Source: Burkholderiales bacterium (GTDB lineage: Bacteria > Bacillota > Clostridia > Christensenellales > SZUA-584). Taken from it: DNA of 64,000 bases. A program made the translations under genes and the position numbers. Below, in pieces: positions 1 to 9,117 of this stretch; within the stretch, counting starts at the first letter, position 1, and the number at the start of each line of letters is the position of its first letter. The notes under the pieces were generated by a model. The model saw only the letters and a list, made by a program, of their open reading frames with translations, was not told where the DNA came from and searched no databases. The stretch spans positions 12,423-76,422 of the forward strand of contig JBLNCA010000045.1 in NCBI GenBank assembly GCA_050260375.1. The letters run 5' to 3'.

Positions 1-542
1 ATATTACCGGCAAGATATTCAAAGGCAAAGACATCCGCGAAGTGGGAAGCGGCAATGCGGGCACGGCTAACGTAATACGCAATTACGGCTGGGTGCCGGG
101 GCTTATAACGTTTGCGGGCGACGTATTAAAGGGCTTCGCAGCGGCGTTTATCGGTTTAAAGCTTGCCGGCTGGGAAGGCGCTTGCATTGGCGGGCTGGCG
201 GCTGTGCTCGGGCATATATGGCCGGTGTTTCTTAGCTTCCGCGGCGGCAAGGGAGTCGCTACGTGCTTCGGGGCTTTTCTCGTGCTGCTCACATGGCCAG
301 CGATTATAGTCTTCCTGTGCTGCGTCGTAATAATTGCGATAACAAGGACGATGTCCGTGGGTTCCCTCGTAGGCACCGCGCTTATAACGATATGCTCATG
401 GGTATTCTTTTTTACTAACGCGCTGTTCCCGGTTTCTACGCTATGGATACCGATCACGTTTACCGTGCTGCTTGTGCTGGTGTTCTATTCGCACAGGGCG
501 AATATAAAGCGGCTGGCCGAAGGCAAAGAGAATCAGCTGTAA
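1..542 (+). CDS. plsY: Glycerol-3-phosphate acyltransferase PlsY (5' end outside window)
   Basis: Frame open to window edge; GSGNAGTAN motif, HIWPVFLSFRGGKGVAT motif, multi-TM profile. Confidence 0.85.
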   Translation, partial: ITGKIFKGKDIREVGSGNAGTANVIRNYGWVPGLITFAGDVLKGFAAAFIGLKLAGWEGACIGGLAAVLGHIWPVFLSFRGGKGVATCFGAFLVLLTWPAIIVFLCCVVIIAITRTMSVGSLVGTALITICSWVFFFTNALFPVSTLWIPITFTVLLVLVFYSHRANIKRLAEGKENQL

Positions 543-574
543 ACGCTGAACGCAATGATATTTTGGAGGGATGA

Positions 575-1099
575 ATGCTTCAGATAATAATAATCGTGCT
601 CGCAGTCGCCGCCGACCAGCTGACAAAATTCCTGCTTGTTCCCATGCTGCTGCAGCTTCCCGATAAAACGATGACGGTCATACCCGGCGTTTTTAAATTG
701 ACTTATGTTGAGAATGAGGGCGCTTCGTTCGGCATATTCCAGGGAGCTCAGGTGTTCTTCATAATCGTTACGGTGATAGTGCTCATTGTAGGCGCGGTGC
801 TGATGATAAAGACGCGACACCGGCAGGGCCTGTTTTTAAAGATAAGCCTGTCGCTCGTGATAGGCGGCGCTATAGGCAACTTTATTGACAGGGTGTTCAT
901 AGGCCACGTGCGCGACCTTTTTAGCTTCAAGGACTTATACTTTCCGTGGGTGTTTAACATTGCTGACATGTGCCTTGTGATAGGCGCAATAATGCTCGGC
1001 GTGTTTGTTCTGTTCATATACCGCCCCAAAGAAGATAAGTATAAAAAAGACGAGGACGGCAAGGACGACGAAAAAACCGCTCTGGACGAAAAAGAATAA
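575..1099 (+). CDS. lspA: Lipoprotein signal peptidase II
   Basis: VENEGASFG, NFIDR and FNIADMCLVIG motifs, 4 TM segments; K/D/E-rich C-terminal tail. Confidence 0.9.
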   Translation: MLQIIIIVLAVAADQLTKFLLVPMLLQLPDKTMTVIPGVFKLTYVENEGASFGIFQGAQVFFIIVTVIVLIVGAVLMIKTRHRQGLFLKISLSLVIGGAIGNFIDRVFIGHVRDLFSFKDLYFPWVFNIADMCLVIGAIMLGVFVLFIYRPKEDKYKKDEDGKDDEKTALDEKE

Positions 1100-1134
1100 A
1101 ACCTTTCGATAATACGCCTCTACGATGAGAAGCA

Positions 1135-1152
1135 GAAGGAGTGAATCTCCTT
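1135..1152. repeat. 18-bp direct repeat GAAGGAGTGAATCTCCTT, left copy (supplies RBS and TTG start of DUF559 gene)
   Basis: Identical 18-mer read at 1135-1152 and 1627-1644. Confidence 0.85.
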
Positions 1153-1546
1153 GTCATTGGATTACAATAAAAATCTTATTCAAATAGCAAAAGTATTGAG
1201 AAAAAATCAAACACCACAGGAACGAAAACTCTGGTACGAATTTCTGTCGGGGTATCCCGTAAGATTTCAAAGGCAAAAAACAATAGGCGATTATATCGTA
1301 GATTTTTATTGCGCAAAAGCCAGGCTTGTTGTAGAGCTGGATGGATGCGGTCATTATGAAGAAAAACAAATGAATTACGATAAAATCAGGACGATAGCTT
1401 TGGAACAACGCGGCTTACAGGTATTGCGCTTTATAAACTTAGATATTACAGATAATTTCGAAGGAGTATGCACAATTATTGATCGTACTGTAATGAGCCG
1501 CATATCCCTCCCTCAGTCGCCTTCCGGCGACAGCTCCCTCTTCTGA
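1151..1546 (+). CDS. DUF559 (Vsr-like endonuclease fold) protein
   Basis: LRKNQTPQERKLW...VRFQRQ...DFYC...VVELDG..H...LRF pattern typical of DUF559; TTG start 9 nt after GAAGGAG. Confidence 0.8.
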   Translation: MSLDYNKNLIQIAKVLRKNQTPQERKLWYEFLSGYPVRFQRQKTIGDYIVDFYCAKARLVVELDGCGHYEEKQMNYDKIRTIALEQRGLQVLRFINLDITDNFEGVCTIIDRTVMSRISLPQSPSGDSSLF

Positions 1547-1553
1547 GGGAGCC
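1506..1553. repeat. GC-rich double-hairpin repeat (GTCGCC-ttcc-GGCGAC then GCTCCCTC-ttct-GAGGGAGC)
   Basis: Two adjacent stem-loops read directly; related copies at 1734-1799, 7644-7688, 63586-63677. Confidence 0.7.
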
Positions 1554-1590
1554 GTATTCGGTTTGACAATAATTTACCATCTGAGAATTA

Positions 1591-1644
1591 GCCTCTCTTG
1601 GATAAGGGAGGTGGCACGAAGTGCCGGAAGGAGTGAATCTCCTT
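1591..1644. repeat. Repeat unit GCCTCTCTTGGATAAGGGAGGTGGCACGAAGTGCCGGAAGGAGTGAATCTCC incl. right copy of the 18-bp direct repeat
   Basis: Related to 1115-1150 and 63586-63625 (GCCTCCCTCGGATGAGCGAGGTGCCCCGAAGGGGCGGAAGGAGTGA). Confidence 0.65.
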
Positions 1645-1701
1645 TTCCGCTGAACAGAGAGGGTCATCTATTGATCTTGAAATCACGGGTAATTACTAAG
1701 G

Positions 1702-1799
1702 CACAATCATAGATCGTACTGTAATGAGCCGCAGTCGCCTTCCGGCGACAGCTCCCCGTCTTTACCCGCCATAATGGACGGTAACCGTCTGAGGGAGCC
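1702..1799 (+). repeat. Duplicate of the DUF559 3' end plus double-hairpin unit
   Basis: CACAATCATAGATCGTACTGTAATGAGCCGCA (1702-1733) matches 1471-1502 with 2 mismatches; followed by GTCGCCTTCCGGCGACAGCTCC as in 1516-1537. Confidence 0.8.
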
Positions 1800-1863
1800 T
1801 TGCAACAAGAGAAAGCTCCTCGGATGAGGGAGATGGGAAAGTGCGGAAGGAATCAAGATGCTG

Positions 1864-2835
1864 CTATATGATGCAGCTTAATATCTCGTCCGTTGTTATG
1901 TTATAGATAAAGTCTCCGGCGTGCGCTGCAATAAGCGCGTTTTTTATATCGGCGTACTCATACCTGCACCCGGCCAGCGCCTTTTCCAGCTCTTCAATGC
2001 CCTCCGCGGCGAAAAAGTCGCCGAAAAACTTTATCGCGGCAATGCGCCCTTTTTCCACAAGCACCTTCGCGCACAGCTTGCCGCCCGCGAACCTCTTTTC
2101 TTTTGTGACGTTGAACTTCGGATCTTGCCCGAAGTTCCATTCCCATGTGCCGAACCTGGATTGCTTTATCTCATTCACCCTGTCCGTATCAGCTTTTGAA
2201 AGCTCGTACGTATCCGCGCCTCGCAGCAGGTGCGAAAGCATTGCGTCGCGGAACTCGACGCTCGTCATATGGGTTTTAAGGTGTTCGGCAATGTTCGTCA
2301 CACGCTGCCGCACCGACTTTATGCCCTTGGAGACTATCTTCTCGTCGTCGACGCTGAGCGCGCGCACGAGCGCTTCAAGGTCGGTGTCAAACAGTATGGA
2401 GCCGTGGTGCAGCGTTAAGCCCCTGCCGATATACTGCGCGTTGCCCGAAAACTTCCTGCCGCCTATAGTCAGGTCGTTGCGGCCGGTAAGCTGCGCCTCT
2501 ACGCCGAGAGACGCAAGCGCTTCTATTATCGGCCGCGTGAACGTTTTAAATTCTATGTTGCCCCTGCGCTTTACTATGAACGAGAACTGCCAACCGTTTA
2601 AATCGGTGTATATCGTGCCTCCGCCCGTTATGCGCCGTACTATGTCTATATCATGCTCTTTTGCGTACTGCATGTTTATCTCGGACAATGTGTTCTGAAA
2701 CCTGCCGACCATCAGCGTGGGGGAGGTCCGCCAGAACATGAAGTACTCGTCCGCAACGTCAAGCTCATGCATCGCGTATGTTTCGAGCGCGAAGTTGAAT
2801 TTCGCGTCTGTGCTGTCGCACTTTATGTAGATCAT
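1864..2835 (-). CDS. lplA: Lipoate-protein ligase A
   Basis: RRxTGGGTIYTD motif, GRKFSGNAQ motif, LplA C-terminal domain; 4-nt overlap with lipA. Confidence 0.85.
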   Translation of the reverse strand: MIYIKCDSTDAKFNFALETYAMHELDVADEYFMFWRTSPTLMVGRFQNTLSEINMQYAKEHDIDIVRRITGGGTIYTDLNGWQFSFIVKRRGNIEFKTFTRPIIEALASLGVEAQLTGRNDLTIGGRKFSGNAQYIGRGLTLHHGSILFDTDLEALVRALSVDDEKIVSKGIKSVRQRVTNIAEHLKTHMTSVEFRDAMLSHLLRGADTYELSKADTDRVNEIKQSRFGTWEWNFGQDPKFNVTKEKRFAGGKLCAKVLVEKGRIAAIKFFGDFFAAEGIEELEKALAGCRYEYADIKNALIAAHAGDFIYNITTDEILSCII

Positions 2836-3683
2836 GTTGCCCTCACCGCTTCGATGCCCGCGGCAGCGTTATAAGAGCTGCGCACGAGCGGCGCGCTTGC
2901 GACGTATTTTATGCCCCTTTCCAGCGCCGCCCGCCTGTAAACCTCAAACGTTTCGGGGCGCACGTACTCCGCGACGGGTATGTGGTGCTTCGAAGGCTGC
3001 AGGTACTGGCCTATCGTCAGCATATCGCAGTGCCGCGCGGCTATGTCGTCCATCAGCGAAAGCACTTCCTCTCTCGTCTCTCCAAGGCCGACCATAATGC
3101 CCGTCTTGCTTATTATGCCGCTGCGTTTTACTCTTAAGAGCAGCTCAAGCGAGCGCTCATAGACGGCATTAGGCCTCACGGCTTTGTAAAGCGACGGCAC
3201 CGTCTCAAGGTTGTGGTTTATTATGTCCGGTTTTGCCTCGATTACTTTATTAAGCGCCTGCTCGCTGCCCTTAAAGTCGGGTATGAGCACTTCCACCGTT
3301 GCGGGTATGCGGCTTTTAACAGCCCGTACCACAGCGGCGAAGTGGCCTGCGCCGCCGTCAGGAAGGTCGTCGCGCGTTACGCTTGTAACTACCACGTGCT
3401 TTAACTTGAGCTTCTCGGCCGCGTCCGCGATGTGCACGGGCTCGCATGGGTCGGGCGGAGCGGGCTTGCCCTTGTTTACGGCGCAGAACCGGCAGCCGCG
3501 CGTGCACGTATCTCCGAGTATCATAAAAGTCGCCGTGCCTGCTTTGAAGCATTCGCCCCTGTTCGGGCAGTCGGCGCCTTCGCAGACGGTATGAAGCGAA
3601 AGCGAGCGCAGCAAAGCCTGCATCTCGGTAAGCGCCCTTAAGTCTATTTTTTTCTTAAGCCATTCGGGTTTGCTGGTATCCAT
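2832..3683 (-). CDS. lipA: Lipoyl synthase
   Basis: CEGADCPNRGEC and CTRGCRFCAV radical-SAM clusters; ATG at 3683 preceded by AAGGAGG (longer ORF to 3725 less likely). Confidence 0.92.
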   Translation of the reverse strand: MDTSKPEWLKKKIDLRALTEMQALLRSLSLHTVCEGADCPNRGECFKAGTATFMILGDTCTRGCRFCAVNKGKPAPPDPCEPVHIADAAEKLKLKHVVVTSVTRDDLPDGGAGHFAAVVRAVKSRIPATVEVLIPDFKGSEQALNKVIEAKPDIINHNLETVPSLYKAVRPNAVYERSLELLLRVKRSGIISKTGIMVGLGETREEVLSLMDDIAARHCDMLTIGQYLQPSKHHIPVAEYVRPETFEVYRRAALERGIKYVASAPLVRSSYNAAAGIEAVRAT

Positions 3684-3775
3684 CCAAGCCTCCTTGTGGA
3701 ATTTATGATACCGCAGAGGGGACATAAAAGCAACGCCGCCTGTACATTACTGTACGGCGGCGCTATTGAGTTGCC

Positions 3776-4315
3776 TTAAGACTCTCTTATCCGCTTGTCT
3801 TTTTTCAGCTGGCTTATCTTCAGCTTTATCTGCCAGGCCATCATCGTAAACGCAACGCCCAGTACCGTTGCGAACATGCCGATAATAAGGTTGAATAAAC
3901 TCTTATCAATAAAACCTATAACGATATTGCCTATTCCGGCGAAAAACTCCAATATCGAAAACGCTGCCCAAAGACAGAAGACCCGTTTAAAGTGCTTGAT
4001 CTTCGAATCGAAATCCGTATACAGCTCAAACGGACCGTCGGAAGCTTTCTTGCGGAAGTACGCCCAGTGCATGTACGACGACACGAATTCGACGCCTGTT
4101 TCTTCAAGGAACTCAATATACTTTAAGCTCTCGGGATGTGTAGCGCTATGCTCCATAAGCTCTATCCTGTAGATATACTCGCCTTTGGGCGCGTCCTCGA
4201 ACACGTACCTGCACCATGTGTAGCTCGTCATCGCCAGTCCGCAGTTGGACATTTCGTTGAGCCATTGTTCCTCTTTTAAGTAATTCCAGTAAGGCTTCCA
4301 AATCACATGTTTCAT
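3776..4315 (-). CDS. DUF2812 membrane protein (PadR-associated)
   Basis: N-terminal EEQWLNEMSxxGL pattern and C-terminal TM pair; overlaps padR stop by 4 nt. Confidence 0.7.
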   Translation of the reverse strand: MKHVIWKPYWNYLKEEQWLNEMSNCGLAMTSYTWCRYVFEDAPKGEYIYRIELMEHSATHPESLKYIEFLEETGVEFVSSYMHWAYFRKKASDGPFELYTDFDSKIKHFKRVFCLWAAFSILEFFAGIGNIVIGFIDKSLFNLIIGMFATVLGVAFTMMAWQIKLKISQLKKDKRIRES

Positions 4316-4635
4316 TGCATTGCACCCCCGGTTATCCGCCTGCCGTTTGAGAGCAGCTCTTCAAGGCGGTTAAGCTCGGTTTCTACCGCCGCCTTGCCCA
4401 ATGCAGTTATTACGTATTCTTTCTTGCGCGAATCCGTATTCTCTTCGAGCTGTATTATCCAGCCTTTGTCGACCAGCGTGTTTATGGCTCCGTACAATGT
4501 GCCCGCGCCCAGAGCCACGCGCCCGCGGCTTAGCGCTGCTACGTTCTGCATAATGCCGTATCCGTGCAGCGGCTGGTACAGCGACAGCAGTATATAGAAT
4601 ACCGCTTCCGTCAATGCACCTATGCTTTCAGGCAT
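4312..4635 (-). CDS. PadR family transcriptional regulator
   Basis: Winged-helix PadR signature (YILLSL...HGYGI...LYGAINTLVDKGWI). Confidence 0.85.
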   Translation of the reverse strand: MPESIGALTEAVFYILLSLYQPLHGYGIMQNVAALSRGRVALGAGTLYGAINTLVDKGWIIQLEENTDSRKKEYVITALGKAAVETELNRLEELLSNGRRITGGAMQ

Positions 4636-4695
4636 TTAAATCACCCCATTTGCGTTCCTTAAATCCGCGGTTTTCAGGAAACTGTTTATTACGAT

Positions 4696-4740
4696 AGCCG
4701 ATATATCGGCTTACGATATAAAATATATCGGCTGCCGATA
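4696..4740. promoter_or_regulatory. Two palindromes AGCCGATATATCGGCT and TATCGGCTGCCGATA upstream of padR operon (candidate operators)
   Basis: Perfect 16-bp and 15-bp palindromes read at 4696-4711 and 4726-4740. Confidence 0.5.
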
Positions 4741-4800
4741 TACTTGTCAATAGCTTTTTTGCGAATTAATAAAAAATATATGTAAAAATGGAAAGTAAAC

Positions 4801-4851
4801 TTGACATTGTTTCGCTTCGGTGTTAGCATAATGGAAAGTATACTTTCCATT
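4801..4851 (+). promoter_or_regulatory. TTGACA -35 box plus 22-bp perfect palindrome AATGGAAAGTATACTTTCCATT ahead of XRE gene
   Basis: TTGACA 4801-4806; palindrome 4830-4851; extra half-site ATGGAAAGTA at 4788-4797. Confidence 0.5.
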
Positions 4852-4864
4852 CGGGAGGACAGAC

Positions 4865-5074
4865 ATGGAAAACAGGCTGGAAGAGATACGCAAAATGCGC
4901 GGCATAACGCAGGAGCAAATGGCGGCAGACCTGAAAGTCTCGCGGCAAACAATAGGCTCGCTGGAGAACGGAAGGTATAACCCTTCGATACTGCTGGCGT
5001 TTAAGATCGCGCGCTATTTCGGCATGAGCGTTGAGGAAATATTTATATATCGGGAGGAAGACGTTAATGGGTAA
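4865..5074 (+). CDS. XRE-family HTH regulator (short, YozG-like)
   Basis: ITQEQMAADLKVSRQTIGSLENGRYNPS HTH motif. Confidence 0.85.
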   Translation: MENRLEEIRKMRGITQEQMAADLKVSRQTIGSLENGRYNPSILLAFKIARYFGMSVEEIFIYREEDVNG

Positions 5075-5486
5075 GAAAGTTTTAGCCGCGGCCGTGGCGG
5101 TGCTGGGGCTGGCGTGCGTGCTTTTAGGGATTTTTGTATTCACAGGCGAAGAGCAAAAAAGCATATCCGGGCTGTGCATAGGCGCAGGCGCGGCGGCGGG
5201 AGCGTTAGGGCTTGGAAACCTTGTACTGCTTATCGCCGTTCCGGAAGCGGTCAGGGAAGAGCGGCTGCGCATGCAGCAGATAGAGGTCAATGACGAGCGC
5301 AACATACGCATACGCGAAAAGGCGGGCGCTATGGCAAACAGGGTGGTGTTCTACGCGCTTTGCGCCGCGCTACTTGTGCTCGGTATGCTGGGCGATCTGT
5401 TGGCAGTGTTTATACTCGTCGGAATACTCGTGCTGGAAGCCGTACTCGTAATAATACTGACAAACAGATACTCAAAGCAGATGTAA
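5067..5486 (+). CDS. Small multi-TM membrane protein, translationally coupled to XRE gene
   Basis: ATG at 5067 overlaps XRE stop (gttaATGg); hydrophobic segments; no family recognised. Confidence 0.6.
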   Translation: MGKKVLAAAVAVLGLACVLLGIFVFTGEEQKSISGLCIGAGAAAGALGLGNLVLLIAVPEAVREERLRMQQIEVNDERNIRIREKAGAMANRVVFYALCAALLVLGMLGDLLAVFILVGILVLEAVLVIILTNRYSKQM

Positions 5487-5571
5487 CCGCCGCCTTAAGC
5501 GTGACAACAAGCGCAAAAACGGTCAAGAATTTTCGGCCGTATTGCGGTATCGTAGCCTTAGGAGGTAACAC

Positions 5572-6474
5572 ATGGAACGTTGGGAAAAGCTGCTAGCGGT
5601 ACAGCGCATGCAGGACTATATCTCGTCGCATATTATGGAGCCCATAACGCTGGGCGACCTTGCGCGCACGGCGGGATATTCGCCCTGGCACGCAGCACGG
5701 GTGTTCAAGGAACTTACCGGAAAGTCTCCGTTTGAATACCTGCGCGCTCTGCGACTTTCGAGAGCCGCCGAAGCGCTGAAAAGCGGCAAAAGCAGGGTTG
5801 TCGACGTCGCGTTTGATTTCCTGTTCGGCTCGCACGAGGGGTTTACGCGCGCGTTCTCAAAACAGTTCGGAACGACGCCTACAAGCTGCGCCAAAGGCGC
5901 GGCGGTGAAGCTTTTTATGCCTTCCGAAGTTCGTGATTATTACCTCAAATTACAAAAAGGAGATGTGTGTAATATGTCCGATAATGTTAACACTGTGTTT
6001 GTGCAGGTCGTCGAGCGCCCCAAGCGGAAGGTAATACTGAAACGCGGGGTAAAGGCTGCGCATTACTTCGAGTACTGCGAGGAGGTCGGTTGCGACGTAT
6101 GGGAGGTGCTGTCCGGCATCAAGGACGCGCTTTACGAGCCCATAGGCATGTGGCTGCCCGACAGCATGATAAAGCCGGGGACTTCAAAGTATGTACAAGG
6201 GGTGGAAGTAGCCGCAGATTATAAGGGCGAAATACCCGAAGGCTACGAGATCATCGACTTGCCGCCGTGCAGCATGATGGTTTTCCAGGGGCAGCCGTTT
6301 GACGACGATAAGTTTGAGGACGCTATCGGCGGGCTGTGGGAAGTGATGAAGAAGTACGACCCGAGCGTTTACGGCTTTGAGTGGGCGGACGAGGACGCTC
6401 CGCGCTTCCAGCTCGCGCCGCTCGGCTACCGCGGATACATCGAAGCTCGCCCGGTAAGAGCGCTGAACAAGTAA
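5572..6474 (+). CDS. AraC-family regulator with GyrI-like effector-binding domain
   Basis: N-terminal AraC HTH (GYSPWHAARVFK...FGSHEGFTRAF) plus about 170-aa C-terminal small-molecule-binding-type domain. Confidence 0.85.
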   Translation: MERWEKLLAVQRMQDYISSHIMEPITLGDLARTAGYSPWHAARVFKELTGKSPFEYLRALRLSRAAEALKSGKSRVVDVAFDFLFGSHEGFTRAFSKQFGTTPTSCAKGAAVKLFMPSEVRDYYLKLQKGDVCNMSDNVNTVFVQVVERPKRKVILKRGVKAAHYFEYCEEVGCDVWEVLSGIKDALYEPIGMWLPDSMIKPGTSKYVQGVEVAADYKGEIPEGYEIIDLPPCSMMVFQGQPFDDDKFEDAIGGLWEVMKKYDPSVYGFEWADEDAPRFQLAPLGYRGYIEARPVRALNK

Positions 6475-6497
6475 CAGAAAATGCCTCCCTCAACCCA

Positions 6498-6547
6498 CCC
6501 CAACGAACTTTGTTCGTCGGGGACCCCGGCCGGGGGGGTGCCCCGGC
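6498..6547. repeat. REP-like hairpin (CCCCAACGAAC-tttg-TTCGTCGGGG + ACCCCGGCCGGGGGGGTGCCCCGGC)
   Basis: Member of GGGG(A/T)CCCC hairpin family; abuts IS30 left end. Confidence 0.55.
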
Positions 6548-7600
6548 AAATTGTCAATTCAAGTGCAACACTTAGCCATAAATTCATTAGGGGACAACCA
6601 ACCAAGGCATTTTCTGGGCCTGTTATTGATGCTTTCCATTACGGCTGCAACTTCTTCTTCACTAACTTTCCTAAAGTCAGTTCCTTTTGGAAAATAAAAT
6701 CGGATAATACCGTTCATATTTTCATTTGTTCCTCGCTGCCAAGGCGCGTGAGGATCTGCAAAGTATATTGGTATATTCAGTGCTTGTTCCACTTCTCTAT
6801 ACTCTGCAAATTCCGACCCGTTGTCTAGAGATATGCTTCGTACTTTTGTTCCCTTTAGCGCCCGCAGGATTCCTTCATTTGTTTCTTTACAGTTACGCGT
6901 ACGGACAATAGACATATACAACTTACGGCCTTTTCGATCTACCAACGTAATAAGATAGCCCTTTCCGATTCCTCCATATACCGTATCTCCTTCTAAATGT
7001 CCCAGTTCCAACCTTTCTTTGATTTCTTCCGGCCATTCTCGAATCATTCTTTCAGGATGGACCGCATTGGACTTTGGACCTTGTGTATATTTTCGTTTGT
7101 TATGGCGTCTTAGGTGTTTAACGGCGCTGCAGCCTTTGATTTTACCTGCTTTAAGTGCGGAGTAAATTGTGCTTGCAGATAATTTTGTTCCTGGATGCTC
7201 TATGCGCCACCGAGCTGATATTGTCTCAGGAGACCAGTACTGATGTAATCTTTCTGCCACCCAAGCTGCTAACTCGCTGTCTTTTTCCAATCGAAACAGT
7301 TTCTTTGAAGCCTTCCTGCGGTATATGTACAATGTCGTTGCTCGCCATGGGTGATAACTGCCGTCCTTGTTCCGGTTCCGATTCAGTTCACGGCACACAG
7401 ACGAAGGGGAACGTTGCATTTGCTTTGCGATATCACGCAAACTTTTTCCGCTTTTGTAGTTATCATATAGATATTCTCTTTCTACCATAGTAAAATGATT
7501 ATATGACTGCATAGGACCTCCGTGTATTTGGTGTTTGGTAACTTCATTTTACACCTTGGTTGCTATGTAGTCTCTTTTGTTGCACTTGCAATTATATTCT
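6548..7600 (-). mobile_element. IS30-family insertion sequence
   Basis: Transposase ORF flanked by imperfect terminal inverted repeats AAATTGTCAATTCAAGTGCAACA (6548-6570) / TGTTGCACTTGCAATTATATTCT (7578-7600). Confidence 0.8.
6559..7512 (-). CDS. IS30 family transposase
   Basis: N-terminal HTH, DDE core (HLEGDTV ... LDNGSEF ... PWQRGTNEN). Confidence 0.92.
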   Translation of the reverse strand: MQSYNHFTMVEREYLYDNYKSGKSLRDIAKQMQRSPSSVCRELNRNRNKDGSYHPWRATTLYIYRRKASKKLFRLEKDSELAAWVAERLHQYWSPETISARWRIEHPGTKLSASTIYSALKAGKIKGCSAVKHLRRHNKRKYTQGPKSNAVHPERMIREWPEEIKERLELGHLEGDTVYGGIGKGYLITLVDRKGRKLYMSIVRTRNCKETNEGILRALKGTKVRSISLDNGSEFAEYREVEQALNIPIYFADPHAPWQRGTNENMNGIIRFYFPKGTDFRKVSEEEVAAVMESINNRPRKCLGWLSPNEFMAKCCT

Positions 7601-7643
7601 AGGCCCAAAGGGGCGGAGGGAGGGTCATAAAAAGCAGAGTCTT

Positions 7644-7688
7644 CCTCCCTCAGTAACTGAAGTTGACAGCTCCCTCGTCTGAGGAGCC
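7644..7688. repeat. GC-rich hairpin repeat (CCTCCCTCAG...GACAGCTCCCTCgtcTGAGGAGCC)
   Basis: Same family as 1506-1553. Confidence 0.6.
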
Positions 7689-7797
7689 ATACCCTCTTTT
7701 ATACTCAAACAATTTGTTAGCCAATCTGGAAAAGGTGTCTCGCCCTTGTTTTGTTCTGTGCTATAATGATGCAAGAAATCGGCAGGGGGTAAAATAC

Positions 7798-8826
7798 GTG
7801 AGCAAGGACTTGTCCATAGCGGTGATAGGCGGGGGCGCCATAGGGGGAATAACCGCGGCGTATCTGACTATCTCGGGATATGACGTTGAGCTCGTATGCA
7901 AGCACGAGGAGAAAGCGCGGCAGGCTGCGGAGGAAGGGCTCCATATCGTCGGAGTGCGAGGCGAGCGCCGCGTAAAAGTAAAAGCGGTGGCCGAGACGGG
8001 GCAGCTCAGCGGTAAAAAGGATATCGTGCTGATAGCCGTCAAGGCGTACGATATGCCGGACGCGGCGAAAAGCGCGCTTCCTTTTCTAAAGGACGATTCG
8101 CTTGTCGTTTCGATGCAGAACGGCATATGCGTTGAAGCTCTCGCCGCCGTAGTGGGGGAGAAGCGTGCGGTGGGATGCATGATAGACTGGGGCGCGGCCA
8201 TGCTGCCGGACGGCACGCTCAACCTAAAGTCAGAAGGCTTTTTCGTGATAGGCAGCCTTGATCCTCAAGTCGATGTTTCGCCAGTGAAAGAAGCGCTCGA
8301 CTCCGTAATGCCCACAAACATAACCGGCAGCATAATCGCCGAACTTTACTCCAAGATGATAATAAACTCGTGCATAACCTCTACCGGCGTGCTCACCGGG
8401 CAGTGCCTCGGCGACATACTTAAGACAAGGGCTGGAAGGGATATGTTCATTTCGATAATACGCGAGGCAATAGCCGTCGCGGACGCTATGGGGCTTGCGG
8501 TTAAGCCGTACGGAGGAAAGATAGACTATTACTCTCTCATAAAGGGAAACGGACTGCTTGCGCGCGTAAAGCGGGATATAATAGTGCGGGTGATAGGCCA
8601 TAAGCACAGGACTTTTATTTCGTCGAGCCTTCAGGCGCTTAAGCGTGGAAAGCCTACGGAAGTGGACTACTTCAACGGATACATAGCGAGAAAGGGAGAC
8701 GAGTACGGCGTGCCGGCGCCCGTCAACAGACGCATAGTACAGATGATAAAGGAGATAGAAGAGGGCAAAAGAAACATAGAGCCCGCCAACCTTCTGGACA
8801 GCGGCCTTAAAAGCCCGATTAAATAA
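7798..8826 (+). CDS. 2-dehydropantoate 2-reductase (ketopantoate reductase, ApbA/PanE) family
   Basis: IAVIGGGAIGG Rossmann start; GTG 7798 preceded by AGGGGG and a CTATAAT box; the ORF upstream to 7663 runs through repeats. Confidence 0.75.
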   Translation: MSKDLSIAVIGGGAIGGITAAYLTISGYDVELVCKHEEKARQAAEEGLHIVGVRGERRVKVKAVAETGQLSGKKDIVLIAVKAYDMPDAAKSALPFLKDDSLVVSMQNGICVEALAAVVGEKRAVGCMIDWGAAMLPDGTLNLKSEGFFVIGSLDPQVDVSPVKEALDSVMPTNITGSIIAELYSKMIINSCITSTGVLTGQCLGDILKTRAGRDMFISIIREAIAVADAMGLAVKPYGGKIDYYSLIKGNGLLARVKRDIIVRVIGHKHRTFISSSLQALKRGKPTEVDYFNGYIARKGDEYGVPAPVNRRIVQMIKEIEEGKRNIEPANLLDSGLKSPIK

Positions 8827-8875
8827 CGCTTTTTGGCGGGCTTTGTCTACTACAGGCTGCAAAAAAAGGTGCTTA

Positions 8876-8974
8876 TGTCATTCCGTCAGCTTCGCTTGAA
8901 GGAGAGAAGCGACTGACTACGCAGTGGACGAGAATCTTTAGGTAAAGATTCCTCACTTGTGTTCGGAATGACAT
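8876..8974. repeat. MITE-like palindromic element (TGTCATTCCG ... CGGAATGACA)
   Basis: About 11-bp terminal inverted repeats, internal GAGAATCTTT / AGATTCCTC pair. Confidence 0.75.
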
Positions 8975-9034
8975 ATGGGGTTCTTTATGCCATCCGGCGA
9001 CTTTGGCGCTCTTAGCTGTCGTAAAAGTAACTTT

Positions 9035-9117
9035 TGTCATTCAGAAGGAGCGAAGCAACTGAAGAATCTTTTGAAATAAGCATGTTTAGGATTCCTAACT
9101 TGCGTTCGGAATGACAT
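9035..9117. repeat. MITE-like palindromic element, second tandem copy
   Basis: TGTCATTCAGAAGGAGCGAAGC...GAAGAATCTTT...AGGATTCCT...TTCGGAATGACA. Confidence 0.75.

Noticed and set aside
7663-7797. N-terminal 45-codon extension of the ketopantoate-reductase ORF
   Set aside because: The extension runs through a hairpin repeat and a CTATAAT promoter-like box. GTG 7798 with an AGGGGG RBS, just before the Rossmann motif, is the more credible start.
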